Program-made: the position numbers and the translations under genes
Part shown: positions 62,771 through 64,000 of the stretch, in pieces
Position numbering within the stretch: the stretch's first letter is position 1
Layout: each line of letters starts with the position of its first letter
Notes under the pieces: model-generated
Told to the model about the DNA's origin: nothing
Databases searched by the model: none
The model's input: only the letters and a program-made list of their open reading frames with translations
Source: Octopus sinensis
Taxonomy: Eukaryota
Direction of reading: 5' to 3'
Length of the DNA stretch: 64,000 bases
NCBI RefSeq assembly: GCF_006345805.1
Contig: NC_043001.1
Span: 125,240,001-125,304,000, forward strand

Positions 62771-63375
62771 CACTTCTTCTTTTATTCTTTTACTTGTTTC
62801 GGTCATTGGGCTGCGGTTGTGCTGGAGTGGGCCCTGCCTTGAAGGGATTTTGTTGAATATATTGATCCCAGTACTTGTTTACTGTAAAGTCTGGTCTTCA
62901 TTTTAGCCGTCTCTTTTGCTGAACCGCTAAATTATGTGAATGTAAACAAACCAAAACCGGTTGTCATGCAGTGTGGAGGCAGACAGACACATAAACACGC
63001 ACGCTCTCTCTCTCTCTGCGTCTTTCACACAGACACACACACGCCCTCCCTTGCACGCAAGCATGTGCACACACACACACATGCCGACGACCCTCGACCC
63101 ACACACAGCAAAAGCTTGTTCAACTATGCTCACTACAGTCGCTAAAATTACGATTCTCTCTTGTATTATAAATCTTTCGAACGTTGATATTCCAAGGAGA
63201 CTGCTTCTATATGATTTATTCTGACATTGTCATTTCTTTTATGAAAAACCAGTGGCTTACAACAAAAAATAAACACACCAATATAACCAATGAATTGAAG
63301 ATTTACAATCGAAATATTGATAATGTTGAGAAATAATTGGATTTAATGCCAATTTCAGCTGTTATAGAATTGGAA

Positions 63376-63684
63376 TTTTTTTTCGCCCTTTTCAAGACTA
63401 GCCAGGCTCATGGACCCGGTTCCCCAGTTTCTGTGGCGTATGTGTTCCCCCCAGCTGGACGGGATGCCAGTCCATCGCAGCGTCGCTCAAGAAACAGGAA
63501 AAGGGAGTGAGAGAAAGTTATGGCGAAAGAGTACAACAGGGGTCGCCATCACCCCCTGCCGGAGACTCGTGGAGCTTTTAGGCGTTTTCGCTCAATAAAC
63601 ACACACAACGCCCGGTCTGGGAATCGAAACCGCGATCCTCCGACCGCGAGTCCGATGCCCTAACCATTGTGCCATTGCGCCTCC
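63376..63684 (-). mobile_element. SINE family C head with alternative 3' tail (type 3)
   Basis: Head and core shared; tail contains ctggacgggatgccagtccatcgcag on the + strand. Confidence 0.8.
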
Positions 63685-63805
63685 TTTTATACTACTGACC
63701 ATTATTACACTGCGTTCCTTTTCGAAGGTTATACTTCTGCAAACTATAGACAAAATATACCTTGTAAATACCTTCCTTTTGAAAGGGGGAGACATTCTCA
63801 ATTAT

Positions 63806-64000
63806 GGCGCAGGAGTGGCTGTGTGGTAAGTAGCTTGCTAACCAGCCACATGGTTCCGGGTTCAGTCCCACTGCGTGGCATCTTGGGCAAGTGTCTTCTG
63901 CTATAGCCCCGGGCCGACCAATGACTTGTGAGTGGATTTGGTAGACGGAAACTGAAAGAAGCCTGTCGTATATATGTATATATATATATATAAGTGTGTG
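63806..64000 (+). mobile_element. SINE family B, cut by the window end
   Basis: Head and 5' body present. Confidence 0.85.

Overview
AT-rich, repeat-dominated metazoan DNA. The tRNA-derived SINE families, RTE LINE tails and TA/CAT/TAA microsatellites point to an octopus genome (inference). There is one clear protein gene: the last six coding exons of ABTB1 (ankyrin repeat and BTB/POZ protein 1) on the + strand at 3801-19850; its 5' exons lie upstream of the window. There is one apparently intact 7SL (SRP) RNA gene at 44460-44757 with an upstream TATA box and an oligo-T terminator. The rest is mobile DNA: three main SINE families, RTE, CR1-group and R4/Dong LINE fragments, a decayed Penelope-like element (PLE), a decayed mariner, a gag-only LTR element and several MITEs. 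The most striking unannotated signal is about ten minimal type-I hammerhead ribozyme motifs with palindromic stem III. Some carry the compensatory U3-A8 core, several sit at the ends of fold-back elements, and one lies inside a tRNA-headed SINE-like insertion. Almost all ORFs in the supplied track are microsatellite or SINE noise, or LINE debris. Repeat boundaries are approximate and were read by eye.
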